From: Mobula hypostoma
Taxonomy: Eukaryota
Reading direction: 5' to 3'
Length of the DNA: 64,000 bases
NCBI RefSeq assembly: GCF_963921235.1
Contig: NC_086108.1
Coordinates: 86,740,001 to 86,804,000 of the forward strand
Shown here: in pieces, positions 24,332 through 37,755 of the stretch
How the letters are laid out: the number at the start of each line of letters is the position of its first letter
Position numbering within the stretch: the stretch's first letter is position 1
Notes under the pieces: generated by a model
What the model was told of the DNA's origin: nothing
The model's database searches: none
The model's input: the letters and a program-made list of their open reading frames with translations, nothing else
Translations under genes and position numbers: made by a program

Positions 24332-26609
24332 CATTTTATGTTAATTTGAACAGGTAAAAAGGTTAAAGCCTAAAATTGCAACAGTGACCATGCCAAAAGA
24401 ATCGCTCATTTTTGCATATTGCGACAGCCTAGGTTATCTGCTCATCCCTGGCTTCAACAGAGAACATACAGCCTTAAAAGCAAGCTTACTACAATCTGAC
24501 GATTTGAGACAGTAAGGCATTCTTAATAATTATATTGATAGGACTACATTAATTTTGTGAAAGGTGTCAGAATGACATGGAAAGTACAGAGTGATCATTC
24601 CATCACACTGACATCAGTGATATTGGAGTGTTATTATGTTTTTTTCCTCTCTCTCTGAAGTATCTTCAGCTTTGTAATAAATTCCACGTGATATTTTACA
24701 AAATGAGAGTGAATGGCAAGCATTTTCAGTCTATTATAATTATAATTAAAAAGAAGTCTGTGTCTGGACCTGACAGTGTCACCAATAAAAAGCTGCAATA
24801 TAAACAGAGTGAAAAAAGATGTGAAAATATTTTATTATTAGATATTCTTACCTTATTCTCGCTGGTTTTCAAATGCACATCATGCTAGTTAATGCAGACA
24901 CAAATGACAATTTTGTTTGAAATGTCACTGAGAATAACTACTGTGAGCTTTTTTCTGAAACTACTATTCTGCATTTATCTCCAAATCAGATATGCCACTG
25001 AAGAGGCCACACACCACTTTCTAGCAGATTATGCTGTAGCTGATGCATATATACATAACTCTTCTCCACTATTACCTTTCCTCTATCCCCATAGGAGAAC
25101 TTGCGAAAATGCTAAGTTCGAAGTTAACGGGTGGAATCCTCTGCCCGAACTAAATACTTGAACAAGCTAGATTAAACATGAGAACAAAAGTACGAGAAAA
25201 TAATTGTGACTCTGTCACTCAAACCTGACATTCAATATGATCGTTGATGCTTTGTCAGTCCTCATCTCCTGTGCCCGTTCTCTGTGTTACACAATTCCTT
25301 GTGTTTCAAATATATTCTCTAAATACCCCCAATGATCTTCACAAATCTCTGGGACAGAGAATACCCGATATTCACCAACGTCTGAAAGAGGAGATTCCTA
25401 TGCACTTTTGTTTTAAATGAAACCCCTCTAGTCCTGTAACAATGCCCCATGGTTTGAGTTTCTCCCAGTGGAAACATTTTCTATGTTGTCATGTTTGCCT
25501 GTGTCTCAGGTCACTAACAGATATTATTACTCCAGCTTTCTTAGAATTTTAAAAATAATCCTGTGAACTAATAGAGAAACTTTACTTTTTGGTTAAGTAT
25601 GTAACATTAAAAGTAATTTTTAACTTATAGTACATCACTTATCTGTTCAGTATAATGTGAGAATACAGGCTGCAATCTGATCTGAATTTTTTAACACATG
25701 TAGGTGTACAGAATGTGTAAAGCACTCTGACTTTAATGAACATTAACAGTATAACACAACTAAATATTTTATCACTTACATAATTTTTAGCATTTCTTTT
25801 TAACACAAATTATTTCATAAACAGAACAAGTGTCTGGGACTTAGAGTACCGAAAATGTACTTCTACTGAGAAAGATTTCTTTCTGAAGCATAATTATATG
25901 AATCACAATTTAAAGAACTGATTTTCTGCTGGTGCAGTTTTGGGACAGTGCCAATGATGCATTTGATCATTAATGCGCAAATCCCAGAATGCAACATTAT
26001 CCAGCTCTGTAGGCCTGAACAGGCCGGATGTAGAAGTACATTAAATATTTATTTTAAGTGCAGGTCTTGATAGAAAATTCAGCTCAAGGCACTCACAGCA
26101 GACATCACGCAGGGAGCCCAAAAAGTGATCCTATAGGGGAGCTAGGTCACAGCACCTGCTCCAGCTTCTGCTCAGTGAATGGACTCGTAGCCACTGTTGG
26201 GGCAATAACAGAAACACTGTTTAGGTTAGGCAAAGTCTCTGGAGCGAGAAACAGAGCTAACATTACGTTGGCCACTGTAAGAACCTTATCACTTGTGGGG
26301 TAAGTCTTCTACTAGATCACTGCCAAACACAATGACCTTTGCTGATTTTCACATCTCCCACCCTCTAAATCTTCCATCCAGATGCTGGAAGACCTTCACT
26401 AAGCAGAGTACTATATGGTAGGTTGATTGCTATGTTTTATTTATATAGATGATTTAGTAGAATTAACTTGGTCCAAAATTTGACCCAGTTTCAGCATCAA
26501 CTATTAACCTTAGAAGGTTATGTCACAGCTTCGCTACTCTTTATGTAAAGAGATCCTTATAATCTTTCTTCTAAATCACTCACATTTTATCTTTTACTTA
26601 TGATCGAGA

Positions 26610-27060
26610 ATCTTCCAGAGGGAAGGCCTCAAAATCCCCGGCTTTGCCTGCTGCTGGTGACCGAGACTGAGGTTGAATCATTCGGATAGAGATGGTGCTT
26701 GGTACTCAGTGTCAGAGGGCTGATCGGAGGCTCGAAGTTTTTGGATGACTCAGAGTCGGACTGTGGTCAGGCGTGGCAAGGAGAGTTTTCTTCCTTCTCC
26801 TGTCTGCATGAGATGTGGGACTTCCGAGAAACTTTGAACTCTTTTACTGTGCCATGGACTGTTCTTCATCAAGTTATGGTATTGTTGCACTGTTGTAGCT
26901 ATATGTTATAATTATGTGGTTTTTTTAGTTATTTCAGTTTTGGTCTGTCCTGTGTTTTGTGATATCACACCGGAGGAATATTGTATCATTTCTTAATGCA
27001 TGCATTACTAAATGACAATAAAAGAGGACTGTGTATCCTCATAATCTAATCTAATCTAAT
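26610..27060 (+). mobile_element. Non-autonomous retroposon, same family as 4455-5108
   Basis: Shares GGAGGCTCGAAGTTTT..TATGGTATTGTT..GTGATATCA..TTAATGCATGCATT..GACAATAAA and has an (ATCTA)n tail. Confidence 0.75.
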
Positions 27061-27965
27061 TTTTGACAAATCAACTACTGGTGATGGTCTGCTTCCATCT
27101 GTCAGCTCCCCTTTCTTTCGTTAAAAAAAATCATCCTAGTGTTTGCATTGTTACAAAACCAGAAACAACTCTTCAGATCTTTTTTTGGATTTGTTTGTAC
27201 TAGGCAAGATCCTTATAAATCTGTACTGGATGCTCATTAAATCCATCCCATTATATGTTGTCCAATATTCCACAGAATACTCCAACCAAGGTATTATTAA
27301 GACCTTGCACAGACTCAACATTATGATTCAGTTTTTGTATTTGATGCCTTTTGGGATAAAGCCTGCAACTGTATAATCTTTTTTTTTTGTCAAAAATTGC
27401 ATTATCAAGGGTCTAGGTTTAATATACTGTGAACCTAGTCCTCTGATTTTCTCTATTCTTTCTAACACTGCATCTCCTTCCATTTCAAACAGTTGCTGTT
27501 ATTTTCTTCAATAAAACTATTAATCTCACATGAAACTTTCAGTAAATTATATCTGCCACTTTTCACAACATTCTCTTAATCAATAACTATTTTCAATTTT
27601 GGCTGCTGAATAACTAAGACAAACTTTAGAACTCTAGTGGCAAACTTATGCTGCAATCTCTCATTGAATGAGTACACAAAATAGAAATGGCTTCTGACAG
27701 ACGACTGCACATGTCAGAGTACTGACTAATAAACATTGCTTTAATTAAATGTTTGAAACCATTAATGGCGTTACTACAAAAAATGGTGATGAGAACTTGT
27801 TGCTGTTTGTGTGATTTGTTTTTGTTCATGGAGTGGGGGTTAATGCTCTTGTTGCCATTTGTATGGTTTGTTTTTTGCATGTTGGTTGGGGGGTTTACTA
27901 TGAATGGGTTCCATGGTTTTCTTTGTTTCATGGCTGTCTGTGGAGAAGATGAATCTCAGGGTTAT

Positions 27966-30265
27966 AGACCATAAGACCATAAGACAAAGGAGCAGAAGTC
28001 GGCCATTCAGCCCATTGAGTCTGCTCCGCCATTTTATCATGAGCTGATCCATTCTCACATTTAGTCCCACTCCCCCACCTTCTCACCATAACCTTTGATG
28101 CCCTGACTACTCAGATACCTATCAGTCTCTGCCTTAAATACACCCAATAATTTGGACTCCACTGCCGCCCATGGCAACAAATTCCATAGATTCACCACCC
28201 TCTGGCTAAAAAAATTTCTTCGTACCTCTGTTCTGAATAGGCGCCCTTCAATCCATAAGTCATGCCCTCTCGTACTAAACTCCCCATCATGGGAAACAAC
28301 TTTGCCACATCCACTCTGTCCATGCCTTTCAACATTTGAAATGTTTCTGTGAGATCCTCCCTCATTCTTCTAAGCTCCAAGGAGTACAGTCCAAGAGCAG
28401 ACAAACGTTCCTCATATGTTAACCTCTCATTCCCAGAATCATTCTAGTGAATCTTCTCTGTAAACCTTTCCAATGTCAGAACATCCTTTCTTAAATAAGG
28501 AGACCAAGACTGCCCACAGTACTCCAAGTGAGGTCTTACCAGCGCCTTTTAGAGCCTCAACATCACATCCCTGCTCCTATACTCTATTCCTCTAGAAATG
28601 AATGCCAACATTGCATTCGCCTTCTTCACCACCGACTCAACCTGGAGGTTAACCTTAAGGGTATCCTGCACGATGACTCCCAAGTCCCGTTGCATCTCAG
28701 AACTTTGAATTCTCCCCATTTAAATAATAGTCTGACCACTTATTTCTTCTGCCAAAGTGCATAACCATACACTTTCCAACATTGTATTTCATTTGCCACT
28801 TCTTTGCCCATTCTTCCAATCTATCCAAGTCTCTCTGCAGACTCTCTGTTTCCTCAGCACTACCGGCCCCTCCACCTATCTTTGTATCATCAGCAAACTT
28901 AGCCACAAAGCCATCTATTCCATAATCCAAATCGTTAATGTACAACGTAAAAAGAAGCAGCCCCAACACGGACCCCTGTGGAATACCACTGGTAAACCAG
29001 CAGCCAACCAGAATAGGATCCCTTTATTCCCACTCTCTGTTTCCTGCCAATCAGCCAATGCCCTATCCATGTATGTAACTTTCCCGTAATTCCATGGGCT
29101 CTTATCTCGTTAAGCAGCCTCATGTGCGGCACCTTGTCAAAGGCCTTCTGAAAATCCAAATATACAACATCCATTGCATCTCCCTTGTCTAGCCTACTTG
29201 TAATTTCCTCAAAAAATTGTAATAGGTTTGTCAGGCAGGATTTTCCCTTAAGGAAACCATGCTGAGTTCTGCCTATCTTGTCATATGCCTCCAGGTACTC
29301 TGTAACCTCATCCTTGACAATTGACTCCAACAACTTCCCAACCACTGATATCAGGCTAACACGTCTATAATTTCCTTTTTGCTTCCTTGCCCCCTTCTTA
29401 AATAGCGGAGTGACATTTGCAATCTTCCAGTCCTCTGGAATCATGCCAGAATCTATCGACTTTTGAAAGATCATTGCTAATGCCTCCATAATCTCCACAG
29501 CTACTTCCTTCAGAACACGAGGGTACATTCCATCTTGTCTGGGAGATTTATCTACCCTTAGACTATTCAGCTTCCTGAGTACTTTCTCTGCCATAATTGT
29601 GACTGCGCACACTTCTCTTCCCTGCCACCCTTGAGTGTCCGGTATACTGCTGATGTCTTCCTCAGTGAAGACAGATGCAAAATACTCATTCAGTTCCTCC
29701 GCCATCTCCTTATCTCCCATTACAATTTCTCCAGCATCATTTTCTATTGGTCCTATACCTACTCTCACCTGCCTTTTACTCTTCATATACTTGAAAAAGC
29801 TTTTAGTATCCTCTTTGATATTATTTGCTAGCTTCCTTTCATAGTTCATCTTTTCCCTCTTAATGACCTTCTCAGTTTCCTTTTGTAAGCTCTTAAAAAC
29901 TTCTCAATCCTCTGTCTTCCGCTAATTTTTACTTACTTGTATGCCCTCTCCTTTGCTTCAACTTTGGCTTTGACTTCTCTTGTCAGCCACGGTTGCATCC
30001 TTTTTCCATTCGAAAATTTCTTCTTTTTTGGAATATATCTGTCTTGCACCTTCCTCACTTCTCACATAAACTCCAGCCACTGCTGCTCTGCCGTCCTTCC
30101 CGCTAGTGTCCCTTTCCAGTCAACTTTGGCCAGTTTCTCTCTCATGCCACTGTAATTTCCTTTACTCCACTGAAATACCGACACATCAGATTTCGGCTTC
30201 TCTTTGTCAAATTTCACAGTGAACTCAATCATGTTATGATCACTGCCTCCTAAGGGTTCCTTCAC
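27966..30265 (-). mobile_element. CR1 LINE, 5'-truncated ORF2 (end of endonuclease and RT), relatively young
   Basis: ORFs 30062..30265 (LGGSDHN), 28935..29849 (YLDFQKAFDKVPH), 28697..28969 (KFADD) and 28192..28404, with a (TCTTATGG)n tail. Inserted in a LINE tail (27800-27965 / 30266-30322). Confidence 0.93.
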
Positions 30266-30374
30266 TGCATATATACTGTGTACATACTTTGATAATAAAT
30301 GTACTTTGAATCCTTTGAATCCTGATTCTTCTACTTATTTAGTTATTAGAAGCTATTTAGAGTAATTAATTACT

Positions 30375-30533
30375 TTACCAATCTGCACCTCATTGGGATG
30401 TAGGAAGGAACCTGTGCATCTAGAAGCAACCTATGTGGCCACGGAGAAACAAACTTGATAGCACTGGATGTCAGGATTGAACTGAAGCCTCACAAGCTTC
30501 TGAGGCAGCAGTACTATCATTTGCACTGGTGTG
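30375..30533 (-). mobile_element. Degenerate V-SINE-like fragment
   Basis: TTGGGATGTAGGAAGGAACCTGTGCATCTAGAAG..CAGGATTGAAC is similar to 7785-7890. Confidence 0.5.
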
Positions 30534-30649
30534 AAACCCACCATGTTTTTCAGCAACAAATCTAAAGTTAATTTAGTTTTATGCCCATGAACAATGCCAG
30601 TGTTAGTACATTGCTTCCTTGTTGAAATGTAATTGGCCAACACTCGCTG

Positions 30650-31025
30650 GGCAACCATCTCAGATGATCTGTTCTGGGTCCAAATTACTGTTGCAATCAT
30701 GATGAGGGCAAACCAACAGCTATACATCATTAGGAGTTTAAGGAGAATTGGTATGTCACCAACAATTCTCACAAATTTCTACAGAAATAACGTGGAGAGC
30801 ATTCTGACTTGGTGCATCACTGTCTGCTATAAAGGCATCAATGCACAGGATCATAAATTCAGAGGATTGTAATATAAGCCCGCTCCATCATGTTCACAAG
30901 CCTCCCAACCACCTTTAAAACTGGGTGCCTCAAAAGATCCATCATGAAGGATCTGGAACATACCCTCTTCTCATTACTAGCATCTGGGAGGAGGTACAAG
31001 AGACTGAGACCCAAGACTCAACATA
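30650..31025 (+). mobile_element. Rex1/Babar 3' fragment
   Basis: ANQQLYIIRSLRRIGMSPTILTNFYRNNVESILTWCITV. Confidence 0.75.
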
Positions 31026-31820
31026 CAGTCATAGAGTCATGGAACACTACTGCTCAGAAACAAGCCATTTGGCCCATCTAGTCTATGCTGAACCATGCAT
31101 TTGCCCACTCCCCATCAATCTGCCCCTGGACCATAGCCTTCCATATCCTGCCCATCCATGTACCTACCGAAATTTCTTAAATGTTGAAATTGAGCCCGCA
31201 TCCACCACTTGCGCCGGCAGCTCATTTCAAACTCTCAGCACCCTCTGAATGAAGAAGTTTCCCCTCATGTTCCCTTTAAACATTTCACCTTTCACCCTTA
31301 ACCCATAGCGTCTAGTTGTAGTCTCACCAAACCTCAGTGAAAAAAGCCTGCTTGCATTTACTCTTGATCGGACTCAGCATCGAAGGTTATGGGGAGGAAG
31401 CTGGGGAGTGGGGCTAGGAGGGGAAGAAAGGATCAGTCATGATTGAAAGGTGGAGCAGACTCAATGGGCCAATCTGCCCTTCCATAGATAATCCTTGCAC
31501 TGTCACCTACGCAGCTCAGAGTATTGGTTCCTCCATCCTCAGCTTTTTGACTCCTGACTTTGTATGTAGACCCTTACAACATCTTTCTCTACAACCACTC
31601 CACTATATGTTCTGGCACTCTGATTCCCATCCCCCTTCACCTCTAGTTTAAGGCCCTCCATTAAGTACCAGAATACCTTCCCACTGGAATATTCATCCCC
31701 CTCCAGCTCAGGTCCAAACGGTCTCTTCTGTCCCACCTTCCCTGGAAGAGAACCCAATGATTGAAAAATCTGAAGCCCTCCATCCTGCACTAACTCCTTA
31801 ACCACATCTTTAACTATATA
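31026..31820. mobile_element. Cluster of CR1 fragments (3' tail minus 31026-31365, tail plus 31370-31475, ORF1 remnant minus 31480-31820)
   Basis: CATAGAGTCATGGAAC tail and CR1 3' UTR similarity. The minus strand of 31650-31810 resembles 50060-50190. Confidence 0.55.
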
Positions 31821-32687
31821 GTCTGTGTAGAGGATACCAATAAAGAAGATTAAAAAGGCTTTTCAGCTCTTCCTACTCCTACAACAAAAAAAATTGTTGA
31901 TACTAGAAAGCGGAACAAAAAGTAGATTGCAGGGAGTACCCTCAGTATGTCAGACAGCATCTGTAGAGGGAGAAGCAAAATTAATGTTTTAGAGAGACCT
32001 TTCATCAGAACTTGGAAAGTGATAGAATGAACTGATTCAATCTCGGCTACAACATTCCCACATGGAAGGTGAGATGACATTCCTGAAGCAAGCTTTGGAT
32101 TTTTTTTTTGAGAAGTAGAGGCCGAAGCCAGACACATCACAGTGGGAGTGAGATGCGAGAGGCACCTGCAAGCTCACCGCCACCTTTGCAGCTTAAAATA
32201 CGTTTTATTTTCATTCCCTCATCTATTGGTAGTGAGAGAACATTGACATGTAACTTCAGATGTGCTTCTCTCTCCACGAACAGCATCCCCAGCATTTTCT
32301 GCTTTTATTGAGCCTGTTCATAACCCCAGCCAACAGCAAAGTGTGCACTTCCAGTCGTCACCAAGAATATTGGCAGAGATTCCTGTCCTGAATTCCAGTT
32401 AATTATAGCCATCCCCAACCAAAGTGAAATAAACATAATTCTATAATAAAGGAAAACTTCAGACTCTATGTAATTCTAGTGGATAAGAGTGTCCTACATG
32501 TTTATTTTTTCAGAATTTCAAAAGAACTAATTGCCTCATATTTAGACCATGTTATTACTGCCAATAAATTGAAGCCTCTCCACATTTACTGCTATTCTGC
32601 TGCATTATTCCTTTTCCATGCAGTTACATTCCCATTACCATCAGCTCCCATTTCAATGAACTAACCTACTCCCCACAGTCCCCATCC

Positions 32688-34766
32688 CTCCTCATCCAAT
32701 CAGGTTTCTGCTCTCACACCTTGTTTAATATTGAATTCCTGTTCTTTATTAGAGGGAGACCTTTATCTTTGTTAAAATTCTTTTTACTTAGTTTCATTTC
32801 AACGGCTTCCTTCACTAGATGGTCTCAAAAGTCATTAGCGTGGCACAGTAGTTTTGTGCCGTTGAAGTCAATCCTATGGCCATTGCAATTGCAATGTTCT
32901 GCTACCGCTGATTTCTCCAGGTAACCCAAACAGGTACACCTCCTGTGGTCCTTGATGTTGATTTCCACCGTGGTTCTGTCTGGTCTGTGTACGCTGCTCT
33001 GCATTCACAGGGAATCCTATAGACTCCAACTGACTTGAGTCCCAGGTCATCTTTAACCCTCATAAGCTGTGATTTGAGCTTCCTTACGGGTTTGTGAATG
33101 GTATTGATCTGGTGTTTCTTCAGGATCCTGGCAAACCTTCTAAGAATCGTGGAAATATAGGGAAGACAGGCGGTAGCAATGGGTTCCTCCTCGTTGTTAG
33201 ATTTCCTGGTTTTTCTGAAGGCTCTTCTAAGGGTGCAATTGATTTCCTTCACCTTGTAGCCATTCTGTAGGAATGTTCTGCATAATCATTTTATTTGTTT
33301 GAGGAGACTCCCGGGTCTGAAATAGTTTTCACGCAGTTAATCAAAGTAGAAAGAGCCACTCTACATAAGGAGGTATGATGGCGACTGTTATTGTTGAGGT
33401 GTATGTCCTTGTGAGTGGGCTTCGGATAGACATGATGTCCAAGGCTACTGTCTAGTTTCTGTCATATTAGAATGTCCAGGAATGGAAGACAACCATTCTT
33501 CTCCATCTCCATCATAGCTTGAACATTTGGATGTATACTTTTCAGATGTTCATGGAACTTTTGGAGTGCCTGGAGTCCATGAGGTCACACCTCAAAGGTG
33601 TCATCAACGTATCTGTAGAAGCATTTGGGGCGTAAGTGGGATGAACTCAGAGCCCTCTCCTTCATGTAGAAATTAGCAATAATTGGCAACAAGTGCAATC
33701 CCATGGCCACTCCATCCATTTGTTCATAGTAGTCCCTCTTATAGAAGAAGTATGTCGATGTAAGGGTGCGTTCAAAAAGGTCAATAGTACCCTTATCAAA
33801 CCTTGAGCGCAGGAGGACTAAACTGTCCTTAATGGGAACTCTCGTGAACAGGGACACCATGTTGAAACTGACCATTATGTCCTCCAGGTTCAGTTGGATG
33901 TTGGTATCGATGTTGGTTATCATTTTAACAACGTCAGTTGAATTCGTGACATGATGCTCAAAGCCCCCAACAAAGGGAGACAACATGGACGTTAAATACT
34001 TAGTGAGGTAGTAAGTCAGAGAATCTATTGCACTGATGATAGGCCTCAGAGGGAACTCTCCTTGTGTGTCTCAGGGAGCCCGTAAAGTCTTGATGGTATA
34101 GGCACCTGAGATAGAAGTATCTTGCATATGTCTGCTGGCAGTCTGTATTTCTTCAGTAAAGCAGAGGTTATCCTCACAATTGAATCCGTGGGATCCTGCT
34201 ATAGAACTCTGTGAGTGGAATTGACCAGAATCTGTTGGACTTTTCAGTTGCATTCCACCAAGGACATCAGGACCATTTCATTTCCTTTGTCCGCTAGGAA
34301 AATTATGATGGCTGGGTTTTGTGGTAGTGCCTGTATCCATTTGGGTTACCTGGAGCAATAGACGGTTGCAGAGCTTTGCATTCGCAATGGCCATAGGATT
34401 GACTTCGCCAGCACAAATCTATTGTGCTGTGCCAATGGCTTTTGGAACTACCTGGTAAAGGAAGCCATTGAAATAAAACTAGAAGAAAAGAATTTTAACA
34501 AAGAAGGCCACACTCTTTAGAAAAACTGGAATTTGATTGTAAACAAGGTGGGAGAGTGAAACCTGATTGGATGATGACTAACCAATCAGGAGGGACAGAC
34601 TACAGGTATATAACTACCACTGGACTAGACATGCCCAAGCATCATCCCTGATGAGGATGGCAGAGTTTGTCATCGAAATATTGGTTATAATCGATACCCA
34701 TTCCCAGCTGGAAGCCCAAGAAGAGTTTATTCATCATATTCACCAGGAGAGCACTGGATCCTTTTT
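32688..34766 (-). mobile_element. Penelope-like retroelement with RT and GIY-YIG remnants and an inverted terminal repeat (34328-34766, +)
   Basis: The minus strand encodes ADKGN (about 34275-34290), RLYGLP/PLRPIIS (34020-34095), YYEQMDGVAMG and YRYVDD (ORF 33585..33986), and GVYRIPCEC..YTDQT (ORF 32902..33252). 34328-34575 is the reverse-complement homologue of 32688-32940. Confidence 0.9.
34644..34686 (+). ncRNA. Minimal type I hammerhead ribozyme motif in the Penelope terminal repeat
   Basis: CTGATGA-G-[GATGGCA GAGTT TGTCATC]-GAA-ATAT-T-GG. The core boxes are intact, stem II is 7 bp and the stem III tetramer is palindromic. Stem I is weak. Confidence 0.65.
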
Positions 34767-36785
34767 CTACTCCACATGTTTGCTTTCTTTTCAGTTCTGA
34801 CTGGAGGTCTGGCCATCTGGTGCAGGCACAGCATCAATTATTTTCCCCAGTTGCCTTTAGGAGTTGAGTATTTCTAATATATTCTGCCTTTATTTCTGAT
34901 GAATGTTTTGTGCTACTCTTCAGTATTTCTTTGGTCAGATTGATAGAGGAAACACATGCTTACATGCTTGCACGGTATTGAAGCAAGAGAATACTGTGGT
35001 TATGGACAGTGGGCAGACAGAAGTCTCTGTGCAATAACCCATAGAGATTAAGTATGCAAGTGACGATGATATTCAATCATTGCTGGAAATGAAATGCAAC
35101 CAAATAGTTCTCTCTGACCATTAGAGACACATAAGTATTTACCAGGAGCCTTTTTTGTTTGCACAGATTCACCTGATGATTAACATGTCAGAGGGTGAGG
35201 TAAATCTGTGCTCTACTATTTAATCTTCAGTCTTTGCTCAGTGTATCCTGAATATCTCCTGATCTGTCTGTGTGACAATTATTTTAATATGGCCTTATTG
35301 CAAGGTATGCTGTTGATCAAATCCTTCAGTGCAGTGGCTCCAGAATGTGAAAATGCTATCTGTTATTAATTTTTCCTTTGCATCTTTGTGTGGTTTATTG
35401 CAGTGAAAATGGTGCAGCTTTTGACGAAAGGCAAGATATTGAAATTCTTCTCCACGTCTGCCTTCTAGCAACTCCCACTGCATAGTCACTTGGAAAATTA
35501 ATCTGCCTTAGGAAAGCAGCCCAGATATTCTTGCAGCTAGCAACAAGGCATTGGATTTAATTCTGCTTTTGGTGGAAGCTCCTTTTATTCCATATCTTTG
35601 ATGAAGATGGAAAAGAAGCTGAAATGCAATATTTATTGAAAAAACAGAATATGTAATGTGATTGCACATGCTTTCATTTGCACATCACTTTCACACAATA
35701 TGAATATGTGTTCTACGTTTGTGATAATTTGTAGGTTTCTTCCCTTCACTGTTCCAGGGAGATGAACTGTCTAATGTTCTTATTATATTACGGGCCCCAG
35801 GGTGTGCAAGTGAACACTTGTGCAGTTACTGAAACTGCTTGTGGGAAGAGTGAAGATTAAGGGAATACGGTTACTGTGGTGATGGAATCACATGAAACAG
35901 GGAAGTGCTATCAAAGTGTAAATCGAGTTCAGCAGCCATATGCTGCTGAATAAATTGTATTTCATACTTTCAACTGATGTATCTGGGGAGGTCTTGCTAA
36001 AAGCAGGCCTGTTTGGCAAACAAAAAAAAGCAAAATAAAAGACTGTGAAAATGTGGTGAATTGAAGAAGCAGGATTTTAACAATCATTTGATTGACTATG
36101 ATAAAATTTTCTTTCCACTTCTCTCTTTCCCCACACTACAACTAGAATCCTTCCACTTTGTGATAAAAGATTGTTGACCTGAAGATGATTAGTTTCTCTC
36201 TTCCAAATGCTGCCTGACTTGCTAAGTATGTCCTGCTCCATAATTAATTCAGAAGATGGTTTTAATGATTTTTCTGCATTTAAATTTTTTACTGTCTTTT
36301 GCACAATATCACTGAGAAATTATTTCAATTCCTCCAGTTTGTTTTATGCACAAATCATGCATGGGAAAGATTCAACTTGGATTAGATCGAGTTTGTGGTA
36401 ATTTCTGGGTGAAATTGCACCCACTGGGAAATTGGTCAGGATTGCTCAGTGTGAAATCCACATTACTCCAGTATCAGATACACTGCATTAATATCACTAC
36501 ATGGGCACTGCATATTTCAATGGTTATAGATACATAAGATGGAGCTATAAGGAGTATTCTATAACCATCACTGAATTAGTACCACAACACACTATTTCAC
36601 TCTACTTACTACAATTTAAAGGTACGCTCTGCAGTATTAGGAGAAATGAATGAGCAGCTTCGGGACTTGGAGGCACAAGACCACCCTCCTTTCTGCCTTT
36701 GAGCAGAATATCTTAACAAAAGGTAGTGGATTCAGCCCAATACATCATGGGTAAGACCCTCCCAACCATTGAGCATATTTACATG

Positions 36786-37476
36786 TGTAGCCCCCCCCCC
36801 ACCCCGGTAAGCCTCAGGCTCACTCAACTCGTTTTCATCTCGGGGGAGCAGCCTTCAGCCCCGCCAAACTGGGTAATCAAGTTTGTGTGGATGCTGTGTG
36901 ATGTATCCCACCCTGCCAAATAACAGACAATACACCGTATGCGATTAAATGATTACACTTTATAGATCTTACTGGAACTATGTAATTAATAGAGATAAAA
37001 TATAAAAGGAAAGTAAAAGGCACCAAACTTAGCGAAGTTCAACCTCTTCATGCACAGTTGGAGCTCCAGTAACGGGGTCGGCTTTCCACCATTTGATCCC
37101 CTCTGACCACCTTGACCCGCCACCTGGGACCAACCACGGTGGTAGACCAGGCGCTCCACATGAGTCTGTCTTTGTCTCCTCTCCTCGCCGAAGACCCTGG
37201 ACCTCGGACTCTGGCTCAGGGACCACCCCGTCGGCCAGCTCACAGCATCGCATCCACTCTCTCGCTCCCCATCGTGCCTTCTGCACAAAAACCCGCGTAT
37301 CAGAATAGCTTACAGACACACAAGAAAGAATAACATCTATCCCAATTGGTTCTTTTTTCTTATCAATAATATAACCCAAACAAGCTGCTAGCGAGAGAAC
37401 TTTCTCAGCAGTTAACATAACAATGAAGCCATTTTAATTAGCCTATGCAGTAACATACAGGAAGAAACGCCTTACA
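36786..37476 (-). mobile_element. Solo LTR A (691 bp), Gypsy-like
   Basis: TGTAG...TTACA termini and TSD CATG at 36782-36785 and 37477-37480. Reverse-complement homologue of 37756-38437. The strand is given only relative to LTR B. Confidence 0.9.
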
Positions 37477-37755
37477 CATGAAACACTGACATAGGAAAGC
37501 AGCATCCATCATCAAAGATAATCACCACCCAGACCATACTCTTTTTTCACTGCTGCCATCAGGTAGAAGGTACAAGTGCCTTAGGATTCGCACCAGCATA
37601 TTCAAGAACAGTTACTATCCATCAAGCATCAGGTCTTGAACAACAGAGGATAACTACACCCTTGTGTTGAGATGTTCCCATGACCAATGACTTCACTTTG
37701 AGGACTCTTTATTTTGTTATTCCATGCTTCTGTTATTTATTGCTCTTTATTCTTA

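Noticed and set aside
28935..29849. Functional reverse transcriptase gene (also 10814-11617)
   Set aside because: These are 5'-truncated, frameshifted LINE fragments with the catalytic motif in another frame or the N-terminus missing.
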